From a virus: a stretch of 64,000 nucleotides of DNA. Both the position numbers and the translations under genes were made by a program. The notes beneath the pieces are model-generated. The model did not search any database. It worked only from the letters and a program-made list of their open reading frames with translations, and was not told the DNA's origin. Shown in pieces: positions 8,735 through 18,811 of this stretch. Each line of letters begins with the position of its first letter. The stretch's first letter is position 1. Location of the stretch: the IMG/VR virus record IMGVR_UViG_3300044730_001822, positions 69,427-133,426 of that record, one strand, 5' to 3'.

Positions 8735-11700
8735 ATGGCCCTTGACATAGAAACCGCCAGCCGTAGACTAGCGCAAGAACAATCTCAACTGGCGCAGGCC
8801 AAGGCAGCGCTGAGTCAGGCACAGGCCGAATACAATCAAGCAGTGGCCTCGGGCAAGATAAAACCAGGCACACCCGAAGCCATTGAATTTCGTAGACAAT
8901 TAAATATACCCAGTCTGCAGGCCGATGTTGAAACAGTACAGGCCGGCGTCAACGAAGCACAGGTGGCATTTGATCTAGCTCAGGCCGAAGCCACACAACA
9001 AAAAAGCAGCGCAGCTGCATCCAGTGGTACTGCTAGAACTGCAGCCACACAAGGTGGCGCATCCGCTGCTGATCCCAACAATGCCAATACTGCCAGTGGG
9101 GGTGCTCCGGTACCCACCGGTCAGCCGGTCGCTGGTTCAGTGTCCGACACCACAGTCAATGCCATACCGCCATCGTCGGTTGATCCGCAGGTAGATCCAC
9201 GCACGCCTGCCCAGATAGCTGCAGATGATGAACGTATCAGAGCAGCAGGAGCTATATCCTCAGAGGGCATAGCCAATCCTGAAAAATCTGTTACAACCCC
9301 TGGATATGATCAAACAGCAGGCAGTCAGGAAGATGCCGGACCCACGGTAGCACAAAATATCAGGAGTTCTGCTGCCACACAAGCACAAAATACCGCATCT
9401 CCTGCAGGCCCTCTGCCTAATCCTTTGGACAAGTATTCGTCTTATACCTATAATCTGGCACTGTATATTTGCAAGCCCTCGGATTACAATGCCTATGCCA
9501 CAGCACAGGATGGAACCAGTATTGGGCTACCGGGCAACCAATTGATAGCAAGATCCGGCGGTAGTCCGGTGGGCCAGAATCAAAGAAATCCTTTTTTCAG
9601 CGACATAGATATCAACATTGACAAATTACAAATAAAATCAACAATTGGATTCAGCGAAACAGGCCTACCCACTTCCGTCGGCGATATATCTTTTACCTTG
9701 ACTGAACCTGCTGGTGCAACTCTATTATATCGACTGCAGTCTGCTGTGGCCGAATTGGCCAACAATGATCCCAGCGTTGGACCAGCATTTTACTTCAACA
9801 CCACGTTTGCTATCATTGTAAGATTCTATGGTTATGACGAGCTGGGTATGCCATCCTCGGTGCGCAGTATCAACAACGCCGGTGCAGCAGGCGCCTCAGA
9901 AAATTCAGTCATCACCAAAATATTTTTCTTTGAACTCACTGACATTGACACAATGATTGGTTCGCGCATAGTGGAATATCATGTTAAAGGAGTGTATACA
10001 TCAAATTTCATAGGCAAAGGCGCCGCGCTAGGCATCAGCCCTGCTAGATTTGAACTTACCGGTACCAATCTCAATGATATTTTCAACGGCATACCAGGCA
10101 GCAGTAATACCACCAATCAAGATTCTAACCCCCGCGAAGAGACCGGCGCACAGGACAGCGGTGCAGGCGCTAAAACATCAGCTCAGCCCAGCCAGAATAT
10201 TCCCACTAGAGGTCTTTGCCAGGCATTAAACAACGAAAATCAACGACGTGCCAGGCCCGACAAGCAAGGTCGCAAAGTTTATGAATACGCCGATGAATAT
10301 GAAATTATTTTTGCCAGCGAAGCACTTAAAAATGCCAAGATAACCATAGCCGGCATTGACAACAGCCTGACCACCGCGGCTGGTGTCAAGCCCTTGGATA
10401 CCAAAGCCGAAAACACTAGGAAAAATACCAGTGTGTCTAAAAATGCCAAGAACGTTCACATAGACGTGGGCACACCTATTATACAGTGGTTAGACATGAT
10501 GATACGCAACAGTGAATATATTAAATCACAGGCATCGCTGTTGTTACAAGAAGAACCACCGGAAAACGAAGCACAAGGCAATCAAGGCGCTGCCGCTGCT
10601 AAAATCAATCAACCTAAATCTCCTGTGAAGTGGTACAAGATAACTCCGTATGTCAAAAAACTAAATTATGACACACTGCGTAATGTCTATGCCTGCAAAA
10701 TCATTTATGTGATTTCTGATTACTACATCACTGATCCAAGAACACCTTATTTCAAACGTGCGCCTTGGCCAGGCCCAGATAAACTTTATCGATATGTCTT
10801 TACCGGACAGAACACACAGGTCTTGCAATATGAACAACATCTAAACTTCTTGTATAGACAGACCTTTGAACTAAATGCACCCTTAGGGCAGGATCCAGCC
10901 AAAGAACGTGCTGTGGCCAGCGGTCGTGTGGATAATTCATACGCATTTCGTGTAGTGGCCGGCACGGGCAAACAAGGCAGCCTGGGTGACAGTACCGATT
11001 TGGCAGCTCGTGCAGCTGCAGGAATTTACAGTCCAACTGATTTTGCCGATGTGAAAATAAAAGTCATTGGCGATCCCGATTATCTATTTCAAGATTACTA
11101 TAATGTCACACAGGCGCAGTTGTCTAGAGAAGCATACAAGAGATTAGCACAGGTCAATGGGCTCAGTATCAACTACAGCGAATTGTATATGCAAATATCT
11201 TTTTTGACCGGTGATGATTGGAATCTGCTCACTGGTACGGTTGGACTTGATCCCAAAGTTGGATACGCTCGCAAAGTCAGTGCAGCTTATAGAATCAATG
11301 ATGTAACCAGTTATTTCTTCGGTGGTCAATTTACCCAAGATATCGAGGGCACTGAACTTATCAATGTTAATCCTGATGTGGCGATCATCAATGGCGATTA
11401 TGTGGCTGGCACGCCTGCTACTACAGGCGTGACTACCAGCACTACCAACCCCGATGCCACAGAAACACGCCAGGAAACCTCAGACAACAGATCTACAGCA
11501 AGCACATCCTCAGATCAAAATCTCCGCACACAGCAAGGCGGTCCCAGCACAGTGCCCCAGACCAGCACCGGAGCATTGCCTGCGCCGCAGGCGCCCAAGA
11601 TCAACAACAGTTCGGTGGCACAGAAAGTTCGGTCAAACACACAGCAAAGAGCACAGGCCGCGAGAAAATTAGAGCCCAATCTACAACAAATAGGCAACGA

Positions 11701-11755
11701 TGACGCCATTGGAGAAGATCGCGGTTCAGACGTAGCACCTTATATCGCACCCTAG
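8735..11755 (+). CDS. baseplate hub (gp27-like) structural protein
   Basis: Lies between gp53 and gp5; NPL--YSSYTY-L-L, 'FTLTEP-G', 'I-V-GDP-Y', 'YRI--V-S-F-GG-FTQ' motifs typical of hub proteins; low-complexity termini. Confidence 0.55.
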   Translation: MALDIETASRRLAQEQSQLAQAKAALSQAQAEYNQAVASGKIKPGTPEAIEFRRQLNIPSLQADVETVQAGVNEAQVAFDLAQAEATQQKSSAAASSGTARTAATQGGASAADPNNANTASGGAPVPTGQPVAGSVSDTTVNAIPPSSVDPQVDPRTPAQIAADDERIRAAGAISSEGIANPEKSVTTPGYDQTAGSQEDAGPTVAQNIRSSAATQAQNTASPAGPLPNPLDKYSSYTYNLALYICKPSDYNAYATAQDGTSIGLPGNQLIARSGGSPVGQNQRNPFFSDIDINIDKLQIKSTIGFSETGLPTSVGDISFTLTEPAGATLLYRLQSAVAELANNDPSVGPAFYFNTTFAIIVRFYGYDELGMPSSVRSINNAGAAGASENSVITKIFFFELTDIDTMIGSRIVEYHVKGVYTSNFIGKGAALGISPARFELTGTNLNDIFNGIPGSSNTTNQDSNPREETGAQDSGAGAKTSAQPSQNIPTRGLCQALNNENQRRARPDKQGRKVYEYADEYEIIFASEALKNAKITIAGIDNSLTTAAGVKPLDTKAENTRKNTSVSKNAKNVHIDVGTPIIQWLDMMIRNSEYIKSQASLLLQEEPPENEAQGNQGAAAAKINQPKSPVKWYKITPYVKKLNYDTLRNVYACKIIYVISDYYITDPRTPYFKRAPWPGPDKLYRYVFTGQNTQVLQYEQHLNFLYRQTFELNAPLGQDPAKERAVASGRVDNSYAFRVVAGTGKQGSLGDSTDLAARAAAGIYSPTDFADVKIKVIGDPDYLFQDYYNVTQAQLSREAYKRLAQVNGLSINYSELYMQISFLTGDDWNLLTGTVGLDPKVGYARKVSAAYRINDVTSYFFGGQFTQDIEGTELINVNPDVAIINGDYVAGTPATTGVTTSTTNPDATETRQETSDNRSTASTSSDQNLRTQQGGPSTVPQTSTGALPAPQAPKINNSSVAQKVRSNTQQRAQAARKLEPNLQQIGNDDAIGEDRGSDVAPYIAP

Positions 11756-11763
11756 AGAACAAC

Positions 11764-13212
11764 ATGGCAGACAATTATCAAGTCAACAAAGGACAGGTCA
11801 AAGATTTATCATTTGGACGAGGCCGCACACCGGTCAATCCCGGGCCCTATATAGGCATAGTCAAAGACAGCACCGACTCCACACTGTCGGGCAGACTGCG
11901 TGTGTACATTCCAGAAATGGCCGGAGATGTTGACAATGATCCCAGCACCTGGCACACCGTCAGTTACATGAGTCCTTTTTACGGTGTTACTCCTAATCAT
12001 ACCGATCTAGAAGGACCTGGCACATTCATGGGCGGCAGGCAAAGCTATGGATTTTGGGCCACACCACCAGATGAAGGTTCCAAGGTCATGGTGATATTTG
12101 TCTACGGTGATCCCAATCAAGGATACTATATAGGTTGTATTCCCGAACCGGGTTTGACACATATGTTGCCAGCCATTGGCGCAGCAGCCAATCCTGATCA
12201 AGCAGGTGACAGCAACGACTACTATGCGTTAGAAAAAACGCCCAGCAACTTATCCAACAAGCCATTGCTGCCAACAGTTGAAATCAACGACAACTATTCA
12301 GCCATAGAGCAAGATCCCAAGTACTATACCAAACCCAAGGCTGTGCATCTGGTGCAGGCAGCACAGATGTTGCAACAAGGCATCATCGATGATCCTGCTC
12401 GCGGTCCCATCACTACCAACAGCCAAAGAGAATCTCCCAGCAGAGTGTTTGGCATCAGCACTCCGGGACAGCCCATCTACAAAGGAATCAACAATGACAA
12501 TGTCAGCGGCGATGTAGATTCGGGCACAGTAACACCCGACAAACTAGAAGTGCAGGGCCGCATAGGCGGGCATACCTTGGCCATGGACGATGGTGACATC
12601 AACGGTGATAACAAACTGTTTAGACTGCGCAGCAGCCAAGGACATCAGATCCTGATGAATGATTCGGACAGCTTCTTGCACATCATCAGCAAGCGTGGCG
12701 ATGTCTGGATCGAATTAAATCGCGAAGGCGCACTAGACATCTATGCTGAAAACAGCATCAATCTAAGAACTTCTGGCACACTGAATTTCCACGCAGATCA
12801 AGACATCAATTTTAATGCCGGTGGCAAAATACGTATGCGTAGTTTTGGTTCGATGAATCTCGAAACCCAGGATGTGTTAAACATCAGGGCCAACAAAAAT
12901 ATCAATGTCTATACTCAGGCCACATTCGAAGTCAAAGCCGACGGCACACTGTTGTTGGATGCCGGGGGCAAAGGCTCTTGGAAATGTGGCGGCGAACTGC
13001 GCATGGATGCCAGCCTGATAGCATTCAATTCCGGCGGTTCGGAAACAGTGCCAGTGGTGCCAGAACTGATCAAAAACAGCTTGCCCAATACTGAGTTCGA
13101 TGGCAGCGACTGGATCATACAAAAAGATGCACTGCAGACCGTGGTCACCCGTGCGCCCACGCACGAACCCTATGCCTTGCACGATTATGGAGTACCGGTC
13201 AATGGCCAGTAA
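11764..13212 (+). CDS. gp5: baseplate central spike gp5/VgrG-like protein
   Basis: OB-fold D-TLSGRLRVYIP...YGFW--PPD-GS-V-V-F--GD; GH---MDD...RLRS--GHQI--ND; beta-helix repeats; C-terminal PTHEPY-LH. Confidence 0.85.
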   Translation: MADNYQVNKGQVKDLSFGRGRTPVNPGPYIGIVKDSTDSTLSGRLRVYIPEMAGDVDNDPSTWHTVSYMSPFYGVTPNHTDLEGPGTFMGGRQSYGFWATPPDEGSKVMVIFVYGDPNQGYYIGCIPEPGLTHMLPAIGAAANPDQAGDSNDYYALEKTPSNLSNKPLLPTVEINDNYSAIEQDPKYYTKPKAVHLVQAAQMLQQGIIDDPARGPITTNSQRESPSRVFGISTPGQPIYKGINNDNVSGDVDSGTVTPDKLEVQGRIGGHTLAMDDGDINGDNKLFRLRSSQGHQILMNDSDSFLHIISKRGDVWIELNREGALDIYAENSINLRTSGTLNFHADQDINFNAGGKIRMRSFGSMNLETQDVLNIRANKNINVYTQATFEVKADGTLLLDAGGKGSWKCGGELRMDASLIAFNSGGSETVPVVPELIKNSLPNTEFDGSDWIIQKDALQTVVTRAPTHEPYALHDYGVPVNGQ

Positions 13213-13798
13213 TCTCACAGAGATCGCTTATCAGTTGGGACTGGGTGTCAAGTCGGTCATTGTGCAGACTGCTGACGTCACAGACATTCCTTTGCCCACG
13301 CAATTGTTAGGCACCTTGACTCCGGCAGTGCAGCAGATAATGATGGGACAACGCCGCCTGCAGGTTGTTCAAAATCCCCTTGAATGGAGCATAGAAAAAG
13401 GCATTGGTGTACAGGGTTTGAATGTGTTGCAACTGTATGATCTTGGTCTGATCAAACCCCGGGTATTTGACAATTTCTCTGCAGGCAATACCAACACTGA
13501 CAGCATAGGATTGGTGCCGTCAACTTTGCCTTTCAATGAGCAGCAGGTCTATGACACCTTGGCATTGAAAACAGCCTGGACCGGCGTGTACAATGTTTAC
13601 AATGTGTCGGACATTTTGACCAGGACACAACTGCAGTACACACTGATCCAAGACAGTTATATCTTGAGTTACAACAGTTTGATTTCTGCCAACATCATCA
13701 ACGGCACCGAAGACATAGAAGTGCTGAGCATGACCGTGGGGCTGACCAGTATTTTTGGTCTGGCAGCAGTGTCAGAATTCCTTGGAGGCAAATTGTAA
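13202..13798 (+). CDS. hypothetical baseplate-region protein
   Basis: ATG 13202 overlaps the end of gp5 and the stop abuts the next ATG (TAATG). No family recognised. Confidence 0.6.
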   Translation: MASNLTEIAYQLGLGVKSVIVQTADVTDIPLPTQLLGTLTPAVQQIMMGQRRLQVVQNPLEWSIEKGIGVQGLNVLQLYDLGLIKPRVFDNFSAGNTNTDSIGLVPSTLPFNEQQVYDTLALKTAWTGVYNVYNVSDILTRTQLQYTLIQDSYILSYNSLISANIINGTEDIEVLSMTVGLTSIFGLAAVSEFLGGKL

Positions 13799-14901
13799 TG
13801 GCGTCATTGATACCTACCAGCACAGGACAAGTCATTGGAGCCAGCCAGAGTTTGATCAGCACTGCCACAGCCACAGGACTAAACACACAGGGCCTGGCAG
13901 CCATGACCAAGACAGCGACCAATCTCACAGCAGCAGGCGCTAACCTATTGAAACTAAATCAGCAGTCGGCCAGTGCTGTGCAAGGTCTGTTACCCAACGG
14001 TACTTTGACGGTGGATTCATTGCTGAACAAAGCCAAAACAGGTCTCGACAGTGTATTTTCTGCACAAGGTGCCAAGGCCACAGCCACACAATTTTTCAAA
14101 TCCGCACAAGACACTGCCAATAAAATCGCAGCCGATGTCAAGTCAGTGGTTTCTAAACTGTCCAGCGGCAGTGTCAGTGCTGCTTCGTTGACTCCCACTG
14201 CCAGCCTCGGTTCTTTGTCCAATATAGCCGCGGCTGCAAAAAGTGCTGTTAACTATATTCCTGGCGCCAGCAGTGTCATACAACAGGTTGGTGCAGTGAG
14301 TGCCACCACGGCCAAGGCCGTGACCGCCACAGTGGATTCGCTGAAAGTGGCTGGATCTATATCGGGCATCAATGTGGCGCAGTTGTCCGCAGCCAATCCC
14401 CAGGTCACACAGGCCATCAGTGGACTGAGCCAAGCAGCTAAAATTTCAGCACCGGGTGTGAGCCTGCCCACATCCTTGCCGGCCATACCTGGACTGCCAG
14501 CCATACCATCCATTGATCCTGCACAACTCAAGGCAGCAACGGCTGCCATATCCGCGGCGCAGAATCCTCCCAACCCACTGGCCAGTGTGGGCACTGCCAT
14601 TGGTGCAGTAGATCGCAGTAAGATAGACGCTGCCTTTACAGCAACACTGCCGCCGGGTCTGCCCAGTTTCAATCCTGGTACCATATCCGCTGCACAGCAG
14701 GCCGGCACAGCATTGAATCAAGCCAGATTTAAAAATACCAAAGACGAGGATCTTACCTATTCAGGACCTGATCCATTGGTCTGGGATGAAATCAACAGTG
14801 AACGACTGCGCCGTAATTTGCCGGGCCTGCCCAATCCTAGGCCAGCCGAGGACAGCGATTATGTTAAAAAATACAGCCAACCTGCCAACAACGGCGGTTA
14901 A
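13798..14901 (+). CDS. Ala/Ser/Thr-rich hypothetical virion-associated protein
   Basis: 367-aa ORF in a coupled operon; low complexity with a charged C-terminal motif (DEDLTYSG-DP-VWD-IN-ERLRR-LP-L). Confidence 0.6.
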   Translation: MASLIPTSTGQVIGASQSLISTATATGLNTQGLAAMTKTATNLTAAGANLLKLNQQSASAVQGLLPNGTLTVDSLLNKAKTGLDSVFSAQGAKATATQFFKSAQDTANKIAADVKSVVSKLSSGSVSAASLTPTASLGSLSNIAAAAKSAVNYIPGASSVIQQVGAVSATTAKAVTATVDSLKVAGSISGINVAQLSAANPQVTQAISGLSQAAKISAPGVSLPTSLPAIPGLPAIPSIDPAQLKAATAAISAAQNPPNPLASVGTAIGAVDRSKIDAAFTATLPPGLPSFNPGTISAAQQAGTALNQARFKNTKDEDLTYSGPDPLVWDEINSERLRRNLPGLPNPRPAEDSDYVKKYSQPANNGG

Positions 14902-14904
14902 ATA
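14899..14904 (+). promoter_or_regulatory. late promoter TAAATA, 7 nt before gp25 ATG
   Basis: TAAATActagactATG, no SD. Confidence 0.55.
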
Positions 14905-14911
14905 CTAGACT

Positions 14912-15286
14912 ATGGCAACATTTGTAGGTTACAACACACAGCAGGCATATAAAAAATTCACCTTGGTTGATCAGCAGCTGGTGATCAGGGATTTGTTAAA
15001 TGCTTTCAACATCAAGGCCGGTGAATTGCCTGGACGTCCTCAATATGGATCGCCTATCTGGGCCATGATTTTTGAGCAGATGACCCCAGACACACAGCAA
15101 AGCATACGCCAGAGTTGTATAGATATCATAGCACAAGATCCCAGGCTGAGCCTGCAGACCATCAACGTGTTTCCTTTTGACAATGGCATGCTCATGGAAA
15201 TTGAAGTACAGTTTTTACCTAACACTGACGTGGCATTTCTGCGTGTATTTTTTGATGCCAACACCGGTGTGGCCGGGCAGGTATAA
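14912..15286 (+). CDS. gp25: baseplate wedge subunit gp25
   Basis: DLLN-F----GE---RP-YGS-IW--IFE...I--DPR signature of the GPW/gp25 family. Confidence 0.9.
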   Translation: MATFVGYNTQQAYKKFTLVDQQLVIRDLLNAFNIKAGELPGRPQYGSPIWAMIFEQMTPDTQQSIRQSCIDIIAQDPRLSLQTINVFPFDNGMLMEIEVQFLPNTDVAFLRVFFDANTGVAGQV

Positions 15287-15306
15287 AACCCCAGTTTTTT
15301 ACCAGA

Positions 15307-15312
15307 TAAATA
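15307..15312 (+). promoter_or_regulatory. late promoter TAAATA upstream of gp6
   Basis: GATAAATA in the 45-nt gap before ATG 15332. Confidence 0.55.
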
Positions 15313-15331
15313 TTAAAACAACGATATAACT

Positions 15332-18300
15332 ATGGCCACAACATCCAGACAGACTGCTATATTTGGACTAGAAGATTGGAAACGCTTCTATCAAAACTAC
15401 AGCCAAGCCGACTTTCAAAGCTATGACTTTGAGACCATCCGCAAGACATTTGTAGATTATCTGCGTTTATACTATCCCGAAACATTCAACGACTACACAG
15501 AATCGTCGGAATTTATCGCCTTGCTGGATGTCATGGCGTTCATGGGCCAGGCCCTGGCATTCCGCAATGATTTAAATGCTAGAGAAAATTTCATTGACAC
15601 AGCCGAGCGCAGGGATAGTGTGGTTAAATTGGCCAATCTGGTTGACTACACTCCCAAACGCAATATCCCAGCACAGGGCTATTTAAAAGTGGTAGCCATC
15701 AGCACCACGGAAAATGTGTATGATTATCAAGGCAACAATCTAGCAGGCATCACGGTGAACTGGAATGATCTAACCAACGACAATTGGTATGATCAATTTA
15801 CTTCCATAATCAATGCTACCTTGGTTTCTAGCCAGCGTGTGGGCAAGCCCGGCGCTACTGCCACTATATTAAATGTGTTGACTGAAGAATATGCAGTGAA
15901 TATGCAAGCAGGATATCTGCCGGTCATACCATTTACCACCACAGTGGATGGCATATCCATGCCCTTTGAAGCAGTATCCGCCACTACCAAAGGCAAAGAC
16001 TATGTGTATGAACCTGCTCCCAGACCCAATTCTGTGTTTAACACCCTGTTCCGTAATGATCGCCAGGGCTATGGGTCTATCAACACCGGCTGGTTTTTAT
16101 ATTTCAAGCAGGGAATATTATTGAATCAAGATTTCAATTTCCCTGAAAAAATCAACAACAACAATCAGAATATCGACATCGAAGGCATCAACGAAGAAGA
16201 TTATTGGCTGTATCAATTGGATGAAATTGGTAATATAACCACACTGTGGACTCCCAAAGAAAGCATCTATACCGCTGCCACACTGGGCAGTTCAGAGCGC
16301 AGCCTGCGCACCATCTACTCGGTGACCAGCAGAGCCAATGATCAGATACAGTACAATTTTGGTGATGGTACCTTTGCCGAAGCGCCTGTGGGCACATTCC
16401 GTACATATGTGCGCCAGAGCAATGGTCTTACCTACACCATCAATCCGGAAGAAATGCAGGCAGTGGTGCTACAGCTCAGTTACATTGACCGCAACAACAA
16501 AGTACAGACCATCACTTACACACTGAGCCTGCAGCAGAATGTTACCAACAGCCAGGCCCGTGAAAGCATAGTGAATATCAAACAGCGTGCGCCTTCGAGA
16601 TTTTACACACAGAATCGCATGGTCAACGGTCAGGACTATAATCAATTTCCCTATAGCCAATACAATTCTATCATTAAATCAAAATCCATTGTGCGTTCGG
16701 TAATAGGTGCCGCACGTAATTTAGATTTCCTAGATATCACGGGCAAATATTCTTCTACCAATGTGTTTGCCGACGATGGCGTGCTGTACGAAGAACAGTC
16801 GCAGCCAAATTTTGCTTTTGATTTTCTAGATGTTTCCGATATCAATTCAGCCATAATCAATGGTGTGCAGCCCATAACACGCAGCAAAGAAATGCTGCAA
16901 TTTTATTATGAGAATTTCCCAAGACCTCAATTGAATTCTGTGTTGAATCCCTATGCACAACCAGGTTTGCCTGAGCCAGCTGTGCCATTTTTGTTCTGGC
17001 ATCAGACTTCGGCCACTACCAATACCTGCACCGGGTGGTTTGCTTATGTGTCAGCGCCAGGCGCCACAGGCTTACCAGTGGCCGTGGGCAACAATGCCGA
17101 GGGCAATCTGCGCTATATTGAACAAAGCGCACTGGTTAAATTTGACGCACCCGTGGGCAGCTGCTTTGATGCCAACAATCGCCTGCAGAATCGTTTGCCC
17201 ACAGAACCCGGCGATCATGTCATAATCTGGGCCACTGTGACTCGTGTGGTACGCGACGGCAGCAATCAGGGCCGCGGCGATCTCAGCGATGGCACAGGTC
17301 CGGTAAGCCTTAATAATTTTGTGCCCATGGGAGCCATACCCACACAGGTTATTCCTATTTTCGTCAATACATTCAGCACAGAATTGATAACTTTAATGGT
17401 ACAGAATATCCTGCTGTACAGGAATTTTGGGCTGGGCTATGACAATGTCAATAGAGTTTGGTATTTTATCAGCAACACAAACCTAGCTGTAGATGCTCCC
17501 TTTGACATCGCCACTGCTGGCAACGTTACCAACACCAACAGCGACGCTGCTTGGATGTTCCAATTTATCAGCGATGGCGTCAACTACACAGTGACCTATC
17601 GCAATCTCAAGTATGTGTTTGGATCTGTCAGCCAGTGTAGATTCTTTTTTGATTCTGCAGGACGCATATTTGACGTGAAAAAAGGCAGCATAGTCAATGA
17701 CTATATCAATGTGCTGCGCAGCAATTCCGATGCCGGCGCTGTGCCGCCCTACAGCAAGAGCCTGCTGGACAATGTGATATTAGACATCATTGGGCAGACT
17801 GTAGAAAGCGATGGTTACGTCAACGACTTTGGCGTGGAAGTATCCTTTGGCGACTATGATCAAGACAACATAGCCGACGATCCTGATTTTTTCAATGTGA
17901 TTGTGGCGCCCGATGTTGACCCCAATACCAAGTACGTGTTTTTACAGCGCACCTTGGATTTTGATAATCTTGAAAGATATCTCCTGATTCCCGAATATGT
18001 CATGAACAAGGTCTATCCTACCAAAAATGCCATTGAAGCAGAGTTGGCAGCTTATCCTGCAGGACAGTTATTTTTTGCCTATCAAGACAAGACTTTCTGG
18101 GAATTGAAAGTGGATATCTTTGGCGGACGCAGTCTCAGTCCGCGCACGGATTTCCAGTACCGCATAGGTCGCGCAGGATTGTATTTCCAGTATCGTCACA
18201 ACAGTCCCAACACACGCAGGATCGATCCCGGTACCAGCAACATCATTGATATCTATGTAGTGACCAATAGTTATTACATTGAATATCGCAACTGGATCAC

Positions 18301-18808
18301 AGATTCTACCAACACTGTGCCCAAACCTGAAGTGCCTACCATGAGTGAATTGGCACAGAGCTATCAAGGGCTCAATGAATACAAAATGCTCAGTGACAAC
18401 ATAGTGTTGAATTCTGTCACGTTCAAACCCTTGTTTGGCGCCAAGGCCGATCCCGAACTCAGAGCCTTGTTCAAAGTGGTACGCAATATCAATACCACAG
18501 CGTCGGATCAGGAAATCAAATCATCTGTGGTAGCGGCATTGAATACCTATTTTGACATCGACAACTGGAGTTTTGGTGATATATTTTATGCTTCGGAATT
18601 GTCGGCTTATCTACACGATGTCCTGGGCGAGTTGATATCCAGCGTGGTGCTGGTACCGCAGGATCCCAACAAGGCCTTTGGTAATTTGTACGAAATACGT
18701 TCAGCACCCACGGAAATATTTGTCAATGCTACCACAGTCAATGACGTGGAAATAGTGGCCGCACTGACACCCAGCGAACTTAGAATACAGACCACAGTAA
18801 GTTATTGA
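15332..18808 (+). CDS. gp6: baseplate wedge subunit gp6
   Basis: DF-SYDFE-I...F-DY-ESS---LLD--A...E-FIDTA-RRDSV--LA--V-Y-P; FGDG-F; ES---IK--AP--F-TQNRMV---DY; YF----W-FG. Confidence 0.9.
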   Translation: MATTSRQTAIFGLEDWKRFYQNYSQADFQSYDFETIRKTFVDYLRLYYPETFNDYTESSEFIALLDVMAFMGQALAFRNDLNARENFIDTAERRDSVVKLANLVDYTPKRNIPAQGYLKVVAISTTENVYDYQGNNLAGITVNWNDLTNDNWYDQFTSIINATLVSSQRVGKPGATATILNVLTEEYAVNMQAGYLPVIPFTTTVDGISMPFEAVSATTKGKDYVYEPAPRPNSVFNTLFRNDRQGYGSINTGWFLYFKQGILLNQDFNFPEKINNNNQNIDIEGINEEDYWLYQLDEIGNITTLWTPKESIYTAATLGSSERSLRTIYSVTSRANDQIQYNFGDGTFAEAPVGTFRTYVRQSNGLTYTINPEEMQAVVLQLSYIDRNNKVQTITYTLSLQQNVTNSQARESIVNIKQRAPSRFYTQNRMVNGQDYNQFPYSQYNSIIKSKSIVRSVIGAARNLDFLDITGKYSSTNVFADDGVLYEEQSQPNFAFDFLDVSDINSAIINGVQPITRSKEMLQFYYENFPRPQLNSVLNPYAQPGLPEPAVPFLFWHQTSATTNTCTGWFAYVSAPGATGLPVAVGNNAEGNLRYIEQSALVKFDAPVGSCFDANNRLQNRLPTEPGDHVIIWATVTRVVRDGSNQGRGDLSDGTGPVSLNNFVPMGAIPTQVIPIFVNTFSTELITLMVQNILLYRNFGLGYDNVNRVWYFISNTNLAVDAPFDIATAGNVTNTNSDAAWMFQFISDGVNYTVTYRNLKYVFGSVSQCRFFFDSAGRIFDVKKGSIVNDYINVLRSNSDAGAVPPYSKSLLDNVILDIIGQTVESDGYVNDFGVEVSFGDYDQDNIADDPDFFNVIVAPDVDPNTKYVFLQRTLDFDNLERYLLIPEYVMNKVYPTKNAIEAELAAYPAGQLFFAYQDKTFWELKVDIFGGRSLSPRTDFQYRIGRAGLYFQYRHNSPNTRRIDPGTSNIIDIYVVTNSYYIEYRNWITDSTNTVPKPEVPTMSELAQSYQGLNEYKMLSDNIVLNSVTFKPLFGAKADPELRALFKVVRNINTTASDQEIKSSVVAALNTYFDIDNWSFGDIFYASELSAYLHDVLGELISSVVLVPQDPNKAFGNLYEIRSAPTEIFVNATTVNDVEIVAALTPSELRIQTTVSY

Positions 18809-18811
18809 TCG

